The notes under the pieces: generated by a model
Databases searched by the model: none
What the model saw: only the letters and a program-made list of their open reading frames with translations
Told to the model about the DNA's origin: nothing
Program-made: the position numbers and the translations under genes
Assembly (NCBI GenBank): GCA_039683575.1
Contig: JBDKRC010000134.1
Location: forward strand, 1-27,480
Direction: 5' to 3'
Source of the DNA: Armatimonadia bacterium
GTDB taxonomy: Bacteria; Armatimonadota; Zipacnadia; Zipacnadales; UBA11051
Length of the DNA: 27,480 bases
Shown here: positions 26,426 to 27,480 of the stretch, piece after piece
Layout: the number at the start of each line of letters is the position of its first letter
How positions within the stretch are numbered: the first letter of the stretch is position 1

Positions 26426-27202
26426 TTAGCCCGGATACACAATCGCTGTAAGTATCAGATTGGCCCCGTAGATGAGCATGATGCAGTAGACCACCGTGCG
26501 CGTCACGGCCCGGCCTACTTCCTCGGAAGCCATACGGCAGGTCAAGCCTTGATGGCAGCCCACCACCGCGATGATCACGGCGAAGGCAAAGGTCTTAAGA
26601 ATGCCACCCACCACCGTCCAGGCATGGAGGTTGGTGGGAATGTTGGTGAAGTAGGTGACCTCGTTGATCATCGGGCTCGTCACGGCCATCAGGTAGCCGC
26701 CCATGACGCCGATGAAGTCGCCAATGAGAGCAAGGATGGGCACCATGATCAGGCACGCCAACAGGCGGGGCACGACCAGATAGTGTATCGGGTCCGTCGC
26801 CAGCGCCCGCAGCGCGTCAATCTGCTCAGTGACCTTCATGGTCCCAAGCTCGGCCGCCATCGCCGAACCAGCCCGCGCCGACACCACTACTCCCGTCAGC
26901 ACCGGACCGAGTTCGCGAGCCATGCTCTCGGCAACCAGCCAACCTACCAGACTGCCAACGCCAAGCCTGCCGGCCTGCTGGGCCGCATGATACGCCAGGA
27001 CCATACCAGAAAAGACCATCGTGACGGCGACGATTGGGAGCGAGTCAATCCCGATCTGTGCCATCTGATTGAAGGTCTCGTACCGCTCGCCGCGGCGATG
27101 CGCGATGCCGCGAACTGACTGCCAAAGCAGGATGGAGATCTGGCCGAAGAAGCCCAAAAAGGCAAGCACGCGCTGGCCCAGCGTCCTCGTGAGCTGCAGC
27201 AC
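26426..27202 (-). CDS. mlaE: MlaE-family ABC permease
   Basis: IGIDSLPIV, RELGPVLTG, RAGSAMAAELGTMKVTEQIDAL, YLVVPR, VGRAVTRTVV. Start set at GTG 27202 (GAGGTG upstream). Confidence 0.93.
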   Translation of the reverse strand: MLQLTRTLGQRVLAFLGFFGQISILLWQSVRGIAHRRGERYETFNQMAQIGIDSLPIVAVTMVFSGMVLAYHAAQQAGRLGVGSLVGWLVAESMARELGPVLTGVVVSARAGSAMAAELGTMKVTEQIDALRALATDPIHYLVVPRLLACLIMVPILALIGDFIGVMGGYLMAVTSPMINEVTYFTNIPTNLHAWTVVGGILKTFAFAVIIAVVGCHQGLTCRMASEEVGRAVTRTVVYCIMLIYGANLILTAIVYPG

Positions 27203-27251
27203 CGAAGGCACCTCAAAAGCGAGGAAGAAACGCCATCCTCTGCCAAGAGCG

Positions 27252-27281
27252 ATTATACAAGAGCGCAAGGCAGACCGTCAA
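27252..27281 (-). promoter_or_regulatory. Sigma-70-type promoter of mlaEFD
   Basis: - strand TTGACG-N18-TATAAT, about 50 nt upstream of the mlaE start. Confidence 0.75.
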
Positions 27282-27354
27282 GGACGGGCGGCTGCGCCCG
27301 AAACGCGCCCCCGCTGCCACGCGACGCCCCAGCCCCCGACACGCTACCACAGCC

Positions 27355-27480
27355 TGTCAACGCAAAGTAGAAATGTCCCTCTATCTGCCAGCTAGAAATG
27401 TCCCTTTGTAGGACTTGCGCCAGGGGTGGTCGGAGGCGGGTTGGTGGCCTGTCGGCTTGTGCACCCTTGGCTGGGGGGCC
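27355..27480 (-). mobile_element. Right end of an ISNCY / IS1202-like insertion sequence (continues beyond the window)
   Basis: Terminal TGTCAAC at 27355; two subterminal TAGAAATGTCCCT repeats (27368-27380 and 27393-27405); an overlapping transposase-like C-terminus. Confidence 0.75.
27381..27479 (-). CDS. C-terminal fragment of an ISNCY/IS1202-like transposase (partial)
   Basis: Reads APQPRVHKPTGHQPASDHPWRKSYKGTFLAGR-TAG. P..DHPWR is characteristic of the C-termini of these transposases. Confidence 0.7.
   Translation of the reverse strand, partial: APQPRVHKPTGHQPASDHPWRKSYKGTFLAGR

Noticed and set aside
27368-27405. Direct repeats as a CRISPR array or iterons
   Set aside because: There are only two 13-bp copies with a 12-bp gap. 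They are better explained as IS subterminal repeats.
1-27480. Genome-wide TAG reassignment (alternative genetic code)
   Set aside because: Conserved genes such as purD, purE and the porin end with TAG at their expected C-termini.

Overview
GC-rich bacterial chromosomal segment from a diderm. An Armatimonadota-like organism is inferred from the DUF1559/H-X9-DG prepilin-like gene, the long MlaD and the glycan-degrading enzymes; this is not proven. Left to right: the 3' end of a probable DUF58 gene (+); a prepilin-like gene (-); a phosphate-uptake operon porin-pstS-pstC-pstA-pstB-phoU (-) with an upstream CTTAAC repeat array resembling Pho boxes; a divergent heparinase II/III-like gene and a GHL6-type glycoside hydrolase (+); nnr (-); an orphan secreted protein (+); BNR/sialidase-like, DUF4034-like and DegT-family genes (-); mlaE-mlaF-mlaD-rplI-dnaB-purD-purE-purF (-); and the right end of an ISNCY/IS1202-like insertion sequence. 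Most notable: (1) mlaD, a long MCE protein with a predicted C-terminal beta-strand domain, has a single in-frame TAG at codon 45 of an otherwise intact frame; (2) three families of small palindromic elements occur, two of which supply stop codons to genes (purD and the orphan ORF); (3) a G(A/C)AGG-N18/19-(C/G)GAA sigma-H-like motif recurs upstream of four unrelated genes, two apparently leaderless with identical spacing; (4) DnaB and PurF show unusual motif variants. All family calls come from motif recognition by eye; no database search was run.
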